A DNA stretch of 61,068 nucleotides, the filler included. It is 11 parts of 11 records of this genome, joined end to end, with 100 filler letters (N's around TTAATTAATTAA, not from the genome) between each part and the next. Parts side by side here need not be neighbours in the genome. Positions count along the whole stretch, not along the records: positions 3,340 to 11,064 come from SRR7504441_15902; positions 11,165 to 15,122 come from SRR7504441_15905; positions 15,223 to 20,340 come from SRR7504441_15906; positions 20,441 to 28,572 come from SRR7504441_15910; 7 more parts are not named here. One strand, 5' to 3'. The translations under genes and the position numbers were made by a program. Under the pieces are notes generated by a model. It did no database searches, was not told the origin of the DNA, and was given only the letters and a program-made list of their open reading frames with translations. Every line of letters begins with the position of its first letter. Within the stretch, counting starts at the first letter, position 1. Of the stretch, positions 10,601-22,354 are shown one piece after another.

Positions 10601-11064
10601 TTACGGACAATCGAGGGGTGATGTCACTCCTGCGGAGCAACACGAGTGCGGTGCTGGGAAACAAAACCCGCACCCACTACAATCAGAATCCGCACCACAT
10701 TTCTTGTAGCATTGGTCCTTGGAGTCACCACTGATGACATCGCACATAGGTGGCACCACATGTCCTAGAGCGCGAATTTCCGTCACATCGCTGCCACAGT
10801 GGAACCCCCCCGGAGATATCGAGATGTTGCTAAAGGTGGCATCGCTCACACTCTTCAGCGACCCAGCTGTGGGAACAAGCGTGCCCTCCACACCCGAAAC
10901 TGTGAAGCCATGGACTGCTTGGATGGATAGGCCTATCCCAGGAGCCGTTGGGGACTCACTGATGTTGTGAAGCCTGACTGTGTTAAAACTCATATTTGAC
11001 TTGGGCACCGAGTCCTTGAGCAGTATAGCTTTGGCCGAGTCCCAGCAGTAAAAGTCTGTCACCG
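10601..11064 (-). CDS. 3' fragment, probably a pectin-lyase-fold beta-helix (GH28-like) with Cys-rich tail
   Basis: Beta-helix-like repeats (VRLHNIS, FTVSGVEGT, ATFSNISI) followed by a Cys cluster; truncated by the linker. Confidence 0.4.
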
Positions 11065-11163
11065 NNNNNNNNNNNNNNNNNNNNNNNNNNNNNNNNNNNN
11101 NNNNNNNNTTAATTAATTAANNNNNNNNNNNNNNNNNNNNNNNNNNNNNNNNNNNNNNNNNNN

Positions 11164-13503
11164 NGCCCCCACCCGAAGCCGAAGCAAGCCTCCGAGTCCA
11201 AGCGCAAGGCCTCTGGATCGGACAAGCCTGCCAAGCGGAAGCGTGCCTCGCGTGGTGTGCAGCAGCAGCCCGTGCCAGCTCAAGAGGAGCAGCAAGCCGA
11301 GCTAGAGCCCAATACTTTGGCCAGCTTTTGTGCCAAGGGTTCTGACGGTGAGCTGCGGTTCACTGGATTCCCTCCTGTCGGCTCCAAGGTGCTCACTTGG
11401 TACGAGGGCGGTGGCGCAAAGTGGCCGGATGGCTGGTACCCCTGCATCGTCAACGGGCTGCCTCGAGAGTGCGATGGGAGCGACGATGACGAGGTGGTCG
11501 CGATTAAGTACGAGGGCAAGTGGCGGCACTATGGCGAGGAGGTCTACCTGCATCAGATCAAGCCGCACCCGTTCACTCATCTGCTGGCCAAGGACTACAT
11601 GTTTGACTGTCACTGCGGCGTGAGCGGGATGAACATAAATGACGGAACAGAGATGATCCAGTGCGATCTTTGCGAGACGTGGGGACACGCCAAGTGCGCA
11701 GCGTTCCTGCCTGATGGCTCGCAGTACTTTTGCGTCAAGTGCCAGATCGCCAATGACAAGCACCAGCAGTTTGTGGGCCGCCAGGTGAGGCACCCTCAGC
11801 CTCAAGAAGACCAGGCTGCGATCGGAGAAGTCAGTGAATTTGTTGTTGATGTCAAATCAGACCGCGGAAGGTGTGAAGCTGCGGGTGCCTGCCCGATTGA
11901 ACTCGTGCGTTCGCAGGCGGATATTGTTCTCCGCGACCTTTGGAGAGACAGTGCTCGAGCTCTTGCCCGACGAGCTGGAGATGCTGCTGGTCACTGAACA
12001 GAAATCTCCTGCAAGAGTGCAAGAGCAGCCAGATCACACTCCTATCGAGCCAGAGCCGCGAAAGCAGGAGGATGAGGACATTGGTTTCGCCCCGCTGTAC
12101 CAAGCTGCCGGGCCACAGTTGCAGCATGGAGTCACTGTTCTCACTACATCGCCGGCTTGCCTCTGGCCTGAAACAGGTGCTAACCATGGCTGAATTAATC
12201 GTGACTGTCGTGGGGTTTGTAGGGAATCCCGGCAATAGCGACAGTGAAAGCGATAGCGACAGTGACGATTCGGACTCCGACACGGATTGTGGAGCATCTG
12301 AGCCAGCACCGGACCAGCTGCCGCACAAGGTGGCAATGCTCACCTCCCAGGCGTTCAACACGAGAACGCGGCCAAGTTTTCCCCAACTTACAGATGCGGT
12401 GAGATGAGCTGAAGTAGTCATCATGCTAACAGGTGAGACAGGTGCATTCGATGGCGAATGGCAAGATTGCGCTGCAACTCCCAGCGCTGCTGTGGCAGCT
12501 GCAGCGCTGTTCTGAAGGCAGCGAGATCGACGGCAGTGTATGGTCTAGTGACGAGTTTCACCAGTTCATCTTGACAACCATGACTGCACCGGAGGGCCTG
12601 CTGGAGTCTTCTCACAGTGTGCTTTCCCTTCTGCTCGAAAAGTGCCCCAGACCCACTGCTGATACTATCACACCTGAAACGGCGGTCGAGCTCCTCAAAA
12701 TTGGAGCTCGAATCACAACAGCGCACCCTCGTCACTTTGCAGCAGCGGACATTGCCATATCTCTCTGCTCGGCTGCCGCGCTGGCTCCTGCGGTTTATGA
12801 GTTAGATCGAGTTGAGCTGCACAAAGTGCTCGAGATCGTTGCCAAGTCGAGCCGAGTGGTCAGCTCATTCCTTTCCTGCATCACCAACAATAAGTTGCAG
12901 ATGGTTCTGATCGATGCATACATCAAGCACGCACAGGAAATTGGAAGTGCCTACATACTGCCGCCGTCTTTCCATTTAATTTCGGTTGTCATTCCGGTCC
13001 CTGATGAGAATAGAGAGCTGTTTGTGCTGGCTGAAAACGACGAACCGCCCCAAGGTGGGCTGTCAGAAGTGCAGGCTGAGAAGCGTAGGGTTTGGGAAGT
13101 ACTGGCCGCGTACCAGGCTCTGGCCGTATCCAGGAGGTTGGCATTCGAGCTCGAAATGGACGCAGATGCTGAGGCTAGACTGGGTGCACTAGTTACGAAT
13201 CTGGAGGTTGGCATGCGTGACATGCAGTCGGAAGAGAGCCGGGCGATATTCACAGCTGCTCTGGCAGTGCTCAAGTCGGTTCAAGGCCCGCCCGCTGAAC
13301 CAGAACAGCTTGACCTCACCATGGTTGCGGATGAGCTGCCGTTTGAGGCTCTGCAGAGCTCTGCAGCGGCGTTGAAGCTTGCGTGTGCTGAAAGAGAGGA
13401 GAAGCTGTCTGAGCTGCGTCCTGTCACCTCTGGGCTGCCTGCTGGCGACCAACGATTTCTTTTGCAGCTTGCGCTGGCAGAGAAAAGGGAGGCTGCCATA
13501 TGA
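11164..13503 (+). CDS. Tudor-like + PHD finger chromatin protein (5'-partial, multi-exon)
   Basis: GSKVLTWY...GWYPCIV...IKYEG is Tudor-like; DCHCG...MIQCDLCETWGHAKC...YFCVKC is a PHD finger. GT-AG introns link it in frame to the 12433-13503 exon. Confidence 0.8.
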
Positions 13504-13682
13504 GCGCTCGGCTGCATAATGAACATCATTTCGTCCATCTATATTTGATCAATATTTCGTCTAGATTATACAAGGTGACACCGTATTGACACCAATATTA
13601 AAACACCGTTGTATTTTTATCACATTTTTAAACAATTTACATTCACATGAGTATGTACAAAGAATATGAATCAGGCCCTCAA

Positions 13683-14996
13683 TTATAATTCTTCCTCGTA
13701 AACCTTGACCGCTGCAGGCTCTGGCTCGTCTTCATCGTCGTCTGGCAGCCCAGCCGGGTCGACTTCCTTCCAGTGCAGCGCCTCTAGAGTGCCGGTCTCG
13801 AGCAGTTCCTTGACGAACTCCTCGGTGTGGTCGTCGTAGTCTTTACTGAGCACCACGGCCTCCACCTGCACCAACAGTTCGGTCGAGTTCTCCAACATCA
13901 GCAAAACCACTGCCTCGCCTGCCGGATCAGGCGCCACCGGCGCATTATCCGCCTCCCGGAGGAAAGCCCGAGCCAGCTTGCTCGCCAATGTGCCCGGGGT
14001 GCAGCTGTTGTCAGCCTGCCGGTCTAGCACCCTCTGAAACAGGTCTAGCAGCAGCCTGAGAAGGTCCGAGTTACACGGTGGCAGCGCGATCAGAATTGAC
14101 GCCAGGCATTGCACTCGAGAGGGTTTGTCCCTTAGCTGGAGCACCGCGACCGCACTCTCATACAGCTCCACCGGTACGATAGGCTCGGGCAGCCTCCTCA
14201 GGAACGTCAGCAGCAGCAACGAGGCAACCACTGGCTCGAGAGGCGTCAGCTGCCCGCCGCCATCCGCCTCGGCCTGCAGGTCACCCAGCTGGGCCTGCAT
14301 CCCGGCTGGCTGCTCAAACAGCCCGAGCGTGCCCGGGGCCTCCTTGACGATACCTACGCAGTGGTCGACGATTTCCGGCACCCCGTCAGCCGCCCCGCCC
14401 CTGAAGCAGAGCATCTTGAGCGGGACCCCAAACACACGGCTGGACCGCAGATGCGACCAGTCCAGCCCGGGCACCGCCGGCTCCTCCACCGGCTCCTCCG
14501 CCGGCCCCACCGGCTCCACCGCTGGCTCGGGCTCGGCCGCGGGCTCGGCCGTAGGCTCCGGCTCAGGCTCAGGCTCCGGCTCATCTTGCTCCTTGGGATT
14601 CATCGCCTTGACCAGGAGCACGAACTCGTCAAACTCTATCATCCCGCTCCCGTCGCTGTCGGTCTCCTCGAACAGCTTGGCGATCTGCTCCGCAGGGACG
14701 TCCTCCCCCATCAGCGGCAGGATGCTCTTGAACTCGCTGGCGTCCAGCTGGCCCTTGGCCTCGGGGTCAAATACCTGCCAGGCCTGTTGCATGTCCTCCT
14801 CCGACTGGTCGCAGAAGAGCGCCCGGGCGATGTGGTTGATCTGCTGGTCCGAGTACTCGGCAGCCTTCATGTTGTTGATGATCGCGCCCGCCTTGCGCAG
14901 CTGGAGCGGGTTCATTCGGACCTTGACCCCAGCGTCGAGTACGGTGGCCGCAGTCATGGTCTGGCCCAGTGCCGCCATCCCCGGCAGCTGAAACAT
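13683..14996 (-). CDS. EF-hand pair fused to RhoGAP-like domain
   Basis: EF loops DPEAKGQLDASE and DSDGSGMIEFDE; EP-rich linker; VFGVPL, FLRRLPEPIVP and LPPCN are RhoGAP motifs. Confidence 0.85.
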   Translation of the reverse strand: MFQLPGMAALGQTMTAATVLDAGVKVRMNPLQLRKAGAIINNMKAAEYSDQQINHIARALFCDQSEEDMQQAWQVFDPEAKGQLDASEFKSILPLMGEDVPAEQIAKLFEETDSDGSGMIEFDEFVLLVKAMNPKEQDEPEPEPEPEPTAEPAAEPEPAVEPVGPAEEPVEEPAVPGLDWSHLRSSRVFGVPLKMLCFRGGAADGVPEIVDHCVGIVKEAPGTLGLFEQPAGMQAQLGDLQAEADGGGQLTPLEPVVASLLLLTFLRRLPEPIVPVELYESAVAVLQLRDKPSRVQCLASILIALPPCNSDLLRLLLDLFQRVLDRQADNSCTPGTLASKLARAFLREADNAPVAPDPAGEAVVLLMLENSTELLVQVEAVVLSKDYDDHTEEFVKELLETGTLEALHWKEVDPAGLPDDDEDEPEPAAVKVYEEEL

Positions 14997-15222
14997 GGCC
15001 AACCCCTGCCTCTCAACCCACCCGCCTAGACCTGATTTCCATGGAAATCGGCCGTTATTTTCCGGAAGCTTACATCGATGAAAGGCAGCTGATCATCGAT
15101 GTTCACGATGAAAGGCAGCTGANNNNNNNNNNNNNNNNNNNNNNNNNNNNNNNNNNNNNNNNNNNNTTAATTAATTAANNNNNNNNNNNNNNNNNNNNNN
15201 NNNNNNNNNNNNNNNNNNNNNN

Positions 15223-16025
15223 CGCCCTGAGCCCTCTTTGATCAGCACGCTCACAAAGCTCCATGGCGAGACCACATCGCTCTCAGAGCGGGAGCGGTAC
15301 AGCAGCCCGGCAGCTTGCCGGCCGCGGACGGTGCCCGAGCCAATCACAACGAACCAGCACCGCGGCCCGTCACCGCCTCTGCATGGTGCCAGGTACGGCG
15401 TCGTGGGGTCGCGAAATCCAAATCGTGGGATCATATCCTCAATCGGGCTGGCGCAGCCCGGCGGCCCGGGGGCAGGATTGCACTGGGGGTTGGGAGCCGT
15501 GCAGGACGGGCAGGCTGTGGAGCAGTGCGCGCAGGTCGGGTTGTTTACGATTGGACCTAGCCTCTTCCACTGGATGTGCTCAGGGTCGCTCGAGACCGCC
15601 AGACAAATGTTGCCGTCGTACACGGTGCCCAGACTGCTGGCGTTGGCTGTGGCGTACACGGCGAACGCCTGTCCGGTGGGCAGCACGGATATGCTGCCGG
15701 TATCGACCACCGTTGGCACACACGGGTCTATAGAGGCGTTACTGGTCGGGTACAGAATCATGGAGTGCTCCTGCCAGTGCAGCAGGTCAACGGAACTCAG
15801 ATGGCACCAGGAGAGCCCATGGTCGGGCGCGTATCCGCCGGCGCAGTCCACGCCCACGTGCCATCGCCCGGCAGCGGGATCGAAGAACGGCCCGGTGATG
15901 TCTTGCGAGGCAGCGGTGGCCGGCGTCGCCCCGTGGAATCGCTGGCGCCAGTGCTCCTCCTGGGCGCTGGTCCACTGGCAGTGGGCAAGCGACAGCAGCA
16001 GCGCGCGCACTGACCCGGCCAGCAT
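15223..16025 (-). CDS. Secreted GH32 (beta-fructofuranosidase-like) five-blade propeller, 3'-partial
   Basis: Signal peptide; WRQRFH...QDITGP, WCHLSSVDLLHW, DTGS, FRDP. Confidence 0.8.
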
Positions 16026-16089
16026 TGGCGGTATCGCCAAATCCTAGTCTAACGGAAAAGCCGGCCACATCCCCCGGGGGGCGAGCGGA

Positions 16090-16693
16090 CTGGCGGCGCC
16101 GGATCCCCGCACGGCGCCGAGGCCGCCGGCGGTGCAAAAGTATGCGATCGGGGCGCTGGACCAGTTGGAGCTGAACAGCATGATCTGGATCCAGGCGGGA
16201 TCGGGCCGGGGGGCGGCCGAGTGCGGGCAGGGGGTGGCTGTGGACGTGGAGCCCATGCAAGCATCGGTCCAGCTGGACGATGGCTCGGGGCTGATCCCAG
16301 TGTACGCCGCCGCGGTGATGGCCCAGCATGCGGCGCTCCCCGGGCTGCCTGGGCTGCAGAGCTACTCCGGTGCGCCCGGCTCGCCCAGCGGCCAGCGGAC
16401 GGCAGCGTCGTATGTGATGGTGGTCGGGGAACTGATGTTGGCCGAGGACACGCTCACCCGGTTTGTGCATGCCCATCAGGTGGCTGCCAGGCGGCCGGGC
16501 CCGACAGGCTGGGCAGCTGGTGGACTTGAGCGGCAGTCCGGACCGCGAGGCGCTCTGGAACCTCGAGCTGGTTCAAGCCGACAAAATGCGACCGGCCGGC
16601 GAGGTGGCTGTCGATCCGACCGGGGAGGACTCGGACGCGACCATCCCGGACGTCGACATAGCTGAGACCTCGTTGGAAGATAACCGGTGGTGA
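16090..16693 (+). CDS. RMI2: RecQ-mediated genome instability protein 2 (start uncertain)
   Basis: After removing introns 16195-16230 (GC-AG) and 16480-16516: WIQGVAV, LDDGSG, YVMVVG, HQLVDLSGSPDREALWNLE, matching RMI2 OB-fold motifs. Confidence 0.85.
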
Positions 16694-16899
16694 CATGCAG
16701 CGGCTGCCAGGGATCGCACTTGGTTGCCACCAGACAGGCGGCGTTTAACTAGAGTATGACTAGAGTATAACTAGAGCTCTTCGGCACGCGTTTAATTGTT
16801 CTCGGATTTATGACATGCGGCGTTTAACATCCAGCACTCGTTTATATGCTGTATTCTATATGCCTATGGCTCGCAGAGGTGTCATTGTCACGTGATCCC

Positions 16900-17737
16900 A
16901 TGAAGGAAGTCCTGGACGCTCTGCAGGTTGTGATCCCGCTCTACCTCGATCGCGTGCAGCTCCAGCCGCGCCAGTGCCAGCGCCCGCTCCTGGCTTGCCG
17001 ACCGCTCATGCTCTGCCCAGCAAGACTCAGCCTAACAAGCAGCAGGCGACTGGTCACCACAGGCGAGCCGCGCACCGAGGCTGAAGCATTTGAGCCTCAG
17101 AGGCCACTCAGTCACCACAGATCGAGACTCGACCCTACTGGCGCACGCTGCCAGCCTCCATCGGAGCAGTAGCGACAGGGCCGCCTGGCTGCTCCGCCTA
17201 GCCCCGGCCCGCACACCCAGCACGGCCCACACTGCACTGGCCATCACCCCTCGCAGCGACCCTGACACACTCGCGCGCACCAACCCAGCGTCCGGGGCCT
17301 CGGCCTCGCACCCTCCCTGGCTCGACACCGCGTCGAGCAGCTCCCCCCGCTCGGCTCTCTCCGTCAGCAGCCGCCACCGCCGCACCGCCCCCGGCAGCAG
17401 CTTGGCCGCGGCCCGGGCTGCTGCACCACCGACCCGGTCGGCTAGCCGCGCCAGCCAGCCCAGCGCCGCCGCCTGCACTGCGGCCCGTCGATGGCGGCGG
17501 ACTTTGCCGGCCCAGCGCGCCAGCCCGGCCGCCAGGGTCCGGGGGGCGCGCGAGGCCCGGGAGCGCTCGGACCGGGCCAGGAATTTCTGCCGTGCGCCTA
17601 GCCCCCCGCGCCGCAGCTCCCGCGGGGGCATGCGGCCGCCCCGAGCTACTCCAGCTCGGGGTCCCCAGCAACTCAGAACTCAACTGAGAGCTACTGACAT
17701 GCTAAATAAAGGGATGGAGCGAGCTGAGCGCTGGTAG
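16900..17737 (+). CDS. Hypothetical R/A-rich protein, possibly the 5' part of the downstream STPG-like gene
   Basis: Frames join through candidate introns 16974-17020 (GT-AG) and 17063-17100 (GC-AG); ends at TAG 17735-17737. Confidence 0.4.
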
Positions 17738-17779
17738 CAGGTGGGAGGCCAGCCGGCCGGGGCTCAGCGGGGGTAGGCC

Positions 17780-18841
17780 ATGCCGATGATCAGCGAGGCC
17801 CCGCGCTGGCTGGCCGAGAACGACGTTTTCCCCAAGAAGCACGGCACCATCTACACCGCATCCGGCGAGATGAACCGCCCGTCCGAGACCCCAGCGTGCC
17901 TAGCCGCGGTCCCGGCGAGCTGAGCGGCCCGGCAGCCCGGGGGAGTACGCCACCGACTTTACGGGGCCCCGCTTCACCTTCAGGAAAGCCGGCGCGTTCA
18001 TGAAGGAGAACCTGGCCGGTTTGGAGCGCGGGCAGTGGGTTTTCCCCGCCGAGACAAAGTCGGGCATCTTGATGTGCGCCTACCAGCAGGGCGATCCGGC
18101 CGGCCCAGCCTCGTTTAATCTGTCTGGTCGGACCCCGGACGGCCGGCGCGAGTGCTTCCGCCCGCCGCGGGCCGGGATGGATGGGAAGATCCGGCCGGAC
18201 CACACAATGGGCGCTGAGCGGCGGTTCAAAGTGATACCAGGTCAGGCCACTGGGATGACATACCTAGGCAGTGGCAAGTGGCTGCCGCTGCCCGGGCCGG
18301 GCCAGTACACCTCCGCCTTTACAAAGCATTCGCTCACAGTGGCGGCGGATAACATGGCGCCCAAGGACGGATTGCTTGATGCAAGGGCTATGGCTGGCTA
18401 CGACAACCAAGTCTTCGGGTGAGCCGAGCTGCCGCGGGGGGTTGAGCCTCTGCAGGAACACCTTGCCGGCAAAGCTGATGGCCAAAGGGGTGGGCAAGGA
18501 CGCGGCCGGCCGGGCCGCTTGGATCAGGGGAAAATTGCACGAGAGTCGAGGCTGTGGCAACTTTACTGGCAACTTGGAGCGGGGCGGGTGCTGCACCCAG
18601 GTGGACCCGGCCTCGATCGGGGTGCGCCACCGGCCTTCGCATCTCAGCACTGGCGCAGGTTATTAGCGACTACCGGGCAGACTTGAGTTACCTCAACACG
18701 TTTGCCCACTCGAGCTTCAATATCCGGTGCAAAAAGGGCTCCAAGAACAGGATTCAAAAGACCTATCGAACCAGATCTGCAGCAAAGCATGACCGCTTCT
18801 CGCCGCAGCCTCCTCCTCGAGCAAAGAGCTCGTGCAACTAG
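17780..18841 (+). CDS. SHIPPO/STPG (PG-rich repeat) ciliary-type protein, multi-exon
   Basis: Intron 17896-17935 gives TPAPGEY; also LPGPGQY and DPAGPASF repeats. Confidence 0.6.
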
Positions 18842-19013
18842 TCTCAAGTTCTTTCTTCAATTATGTACGTACATGACTTGTACTCGTACGAGTAATGTTC
18901 TCATCAAGCAACCTTGTCGAATATCTACACTAATTGAATTCCATATACACGTTTCTCGCACGCGGCACGTTTCTTTGATGTGTGCATGTGTTAATTTATT
19001 GATGTTGTAGCGA

Positions 19014-19843
19014 TCATGCCACACGACGCGCCACCGCAAGGCGCACGTCCCACTCGTGCTCAGAACTAATATCACAAACCAGTGCAGGCTCACGGATGGT
19101 AGCATTCCGTGCCCAGCTCGCCGCACACCCCGGGCCCGTCCGAGGGGGCGGCTGGCTTGCCGGGGATTGCCCCAACCCATCCAGGGTGCACTGGACGAGG
19201 GTCGTCCTTAGGACCAAACTTAGTTCCGAGCATCAGTGGTACGTGCACCCCGTGCGGTGGCGCCCCGTGTGGCGCTTTGACGTAGCTGCCGGCCCTGGTG
19301 AGGCCGGGCCGGCCCCGTGACTTACTTGAGGTCTTCCATGTGCGGAGGCACATCGAACGGGTGTACCGGATCCAAATACTTCTTGTGCGGTTGCGGGGTG
19401 CTGCCGCTGGGGGTGAGGGCGCCGGCAGCCTGGGTGCACCTGCTGAGCGAGTTCAGGTGCTGTCCGGAGCTGGCCACACTCGGGTGGCCCCACGACCTGA
19501 GGCCTCTCGCGCCCTAGCGCCGCGCCCCGCGGTCACCAGACTGTCTGGACTGGAGCACCGCCGGACTCGCGGACGTACGACGATCCAGTGTACTGCGGGC
19601 AGGCCGGCCGCTTCATCATGCGGTACTGGATGTCGGCGCCTGTGCAGCCTTCAGCACCGGGGTCAGCAGGCCCGCGCCGACCGTCGGCCCGAGGGCCCTG
19701 ATTGACCGCGCTGTGGCTAATCACCGACGGTCCGAGGCCGGCCTGCCCAGGGTGGTGGAAAACAGTGCTGCCAGCCGGCTGCATCAAGCCCAGGCGGCAG
19801 CGCAAGCCGCGTACTTGTTGGTCGAGAGGGCAGGAGGCGGCAT
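19014..19843 (-). CDS. Hypothetical P/H-rich multi-exon protein
   Basis: Short minus-strand ORFs separated by about 40-nt GT-AG segments and bounded by AT-rich spacers. Confidence 0.4.
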
Positions 19844-20013
19844 CTCAATCGAAAACAAAAGGAAGAGAGGAAGAATTCTGCAGCTGCCGGTTTGATCGGA
19901 GAGCTCGATGGCGATTGGCAGTCAGAAGCACTTGGCCGTTATTATAGTTATTGTAATTGTAGATAGCTAGTACTTATTATGTCAAGACGAAGACGGTATT
20001 AACCACTCACTTA

Positions 20014-20340
20014 CTAATGTTTTGGTTCATCCTCCTGCAACGCCAAATTAAGCTTGTCATTGAATACCGTCCCCTGACTCTGCAACGCCATCACGAGTTG
20101 GGAGAGTTGACTCGTCACATCCACTACTAGTTCAGCACCCGACGCGGCAACAGACCGCAACTCCGATCGCACTTCTTGCTTCTCTTGCTCCACCTGGCTT
20201 GCCTCGTTCAATTGGCTCTCCTTTGCAACAGGAGCCTGCAGCTGCTTCCACGCCTTGGGGTTGTCAAAATGATTCGTGGCGTGAACTACTGGACGCCGTG
20301 GACGCCGCTTCAATCAATCGAGAGTCTGTATTGCACCCTA
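20014..20340 (-). CDS. 3' fragment of a hypothetical coiled-coil protein
   Basis: ORF running from the contig edge to a stop followed by an AT-rich spacer. Confidence 0.4.
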
Positions 20341-20521
20341 NNNNNNNNNNNNNNNNNNNNNNNNNNNNNNNNNNNNNNNNNNNNTTAATTAATTAANNNN
20401 NNNNNNNNNNNNNNNNNNNNNNNNNNNNNNNNNNNNNNNNTAGCTCGCCACCTGCTGCTGCTGCTGCGTGGCCCTCGAGCCCTGCGACGCTCCCATGCGG
20501 TACCGGTAGATCTGTGACAGC

Positions 20522-20546
20522 CGTTGGACGTCCGTTAGATTCTTCG
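20522..20546 (+). repeat. Left copy of 25-bp perfect inverted repeat
   Basis: CGTTGGACGTCCGTTAGATTCTTCG; its exact reverse complement is at 22881-22905. Confidence 0.95.
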
Positions 20547-20606
20547 TCAGGAGACGTTCCGGATGCTGCGCCCGAACACCAGACGACCCAGCACGAGAGG
20601 GCGGAA

Positions 20607-22144
20607 ATGCCAGTCAAATGCGCCAGCTGCTCCCGGACCGACCCACCGGAGGGATTCCCCAAGGGCAAGAAGACCTGCAACCGGTGCCTCGACAAGAAGA
20701 AGGACGGCTCAGCCCAGCGGCGGAAGAAGAAGAGGCAAGAGCGGCAGGTGCAAAAGGAGATCCGGAACACGGGCAGGCGCAAGTGCGACGCGGCGCCAGC
20801 GAACGGGTGCCCCGTGGAGAAGTTCGAACGGCTGCCCTCTGGGGAGTTCGATTCCATGTGTGCCGACCACCGAGAGGCGGCCAGGCGCCGAGCCAGCGAT
20901 AGCTATGCCAGGAGGAATCGGGCGGCCAACAGCACAGCTGCAGTGGCCCTGGCATCCGACGAGGAGGCTTTGAGGCTACAGCTGTGTGAGAGCCAAGCCT
21001 CGGATGAGCTGCAACCCACCGCATTCGACACAGACCAGTTCATCGGCCGAGGGCCAACTTGCCATAACGTCACAGGCCAAGGGCGAACTTCATGGGCCAA
21101 TAGCGTCACAGGCGAAGGGTACGGGCCAAGTGAAACAACTGATCCTCCTCCGCGGGCGAGTCAAACAACCGGTGGCTGTGAGCGGCCTGACACGGACCTC
21201 TTTGACTGGCGCTCGGCCATCTTGATGCTCATTATCTGGAGCTTGCAGTTGGTGCGTGTACTGCTGAGCTGGATGCAATGCTCGGTACGCTATGCGCAGC
21301 GGCTTCTGGGATTTACTCCACTGGTAGATCTACTCGAAATACAGGATTGGCCAGAGTACTACGAAGGCTTTGGGGACTGGGAGGGGCCATTGGCACGAGA
21401 GTTTGGGGCGACACTGCCACTGCAAGCCCAAACCCTCTTGTACGGTCATGATCGGTACAGGCTAGGGTTAACACCGGCACAGCAGTGGTAACATGCTGCG
21501 AATGCTGGTGCAAGTGAGCAATGTGGTTGTCAGGGCCCTGCAGTTGACCAGTTTGTGCGATGTTATTGATACTGGCGGCCCATACCGTCAGCAAAAGCTG
21601 GAATGCTGTCGGAAGCATCGCCGATTCCTCTTATGCACTACCAACACTTGTATACGAGACTTCGATAGGAGGCCAATGTGGATTTGTATCGATGTGATGG
21701 CCGTGGCAGCAGCTTCAGCAGAACCCGGTGCCGGACCGATGCTTGTGGTGCGGTACGCGAGCTTGGCGGCGGGCATGCCCATTCACCGAATCGAGGAGTT
21801 CTACCAGTCCGTTGTAGATACTGCAGATGATGTAGTGCCGCTGGCATGCTGGGTCTGGCTTGCCGCAGCCAGCGCTGAGGAGGTTTCTAAAGCCAATTGC
21901 AAGCTTACTGATAATAAGGTTGTAGCTGCAGGTAGGGCTCGCGCAGCTCCAGAGCAACGCTGCTAAGCTAACCTGTGCTTCTGAGTGGTGCGAGCAAACT
22001 AATCGGCAGCAGCATGAAAACTTCCGCATTTCTTTTCTTGTACCACCAAAGGATTGTGAAAGGAACAAGTGGACACAGACGATCTGGTTTGGATTGGTCT
22101 CTACATTGTTCATAGCATATCTAGCCACAGCTTGGACAACATGA
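20607..22144 (+). CDS. Protein with two N-terminal Cys/His Zn-finger-like motifs, basic stretch and hydrophobic segments; multi-exon
   Basis: CASC...CNRC and C...C...CADH. Intron 21488-21533 joins the two ORFs and a second candidate intron extends the gene to TGA 22144. The frame is open back to the contig edge, so the start is uncertain. Confidence 0.55.
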
Positions 22145-22354
22145 GCTTGGACAACTTGATTGTGGCGATTGTGGCGATCTGATCTATTGCGTACATGTAT
22201 TTCGTACACGGGTTCTACATGTAACATCATAGTTTGTACTCAAAGTAATTTTAAAGAAAACAAAAATAAGCACGGTTCAGCATTATATTGCGGTGCCCTT
22301 TGTGGGCGCCTACGTTAGCCATACGTGGCAGCAATGCGCCGCTGTCAATGCTAT

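Noticed and set aside
14125..15029. Long antisense ORFs here and at 28896-29936, 38260-39222 and 43394-44347
   Set aside because: Shadow ORFs of GC3-rich genes on the opposite strand, with no motifs of their own.
15034..15122. 16-bp palindrome GATTTCCATGGAAATC and duplicated GATGAAAGGCAGCTGA
   Set aside because: At a contig end, so it may be an assembly artefact; no second occurrence seen.
16748..16776. Three 11-bp tandem units (ACTAGAGTATR)
   Set aside because: Short local slippage in a spacer, with no other copies noticed.
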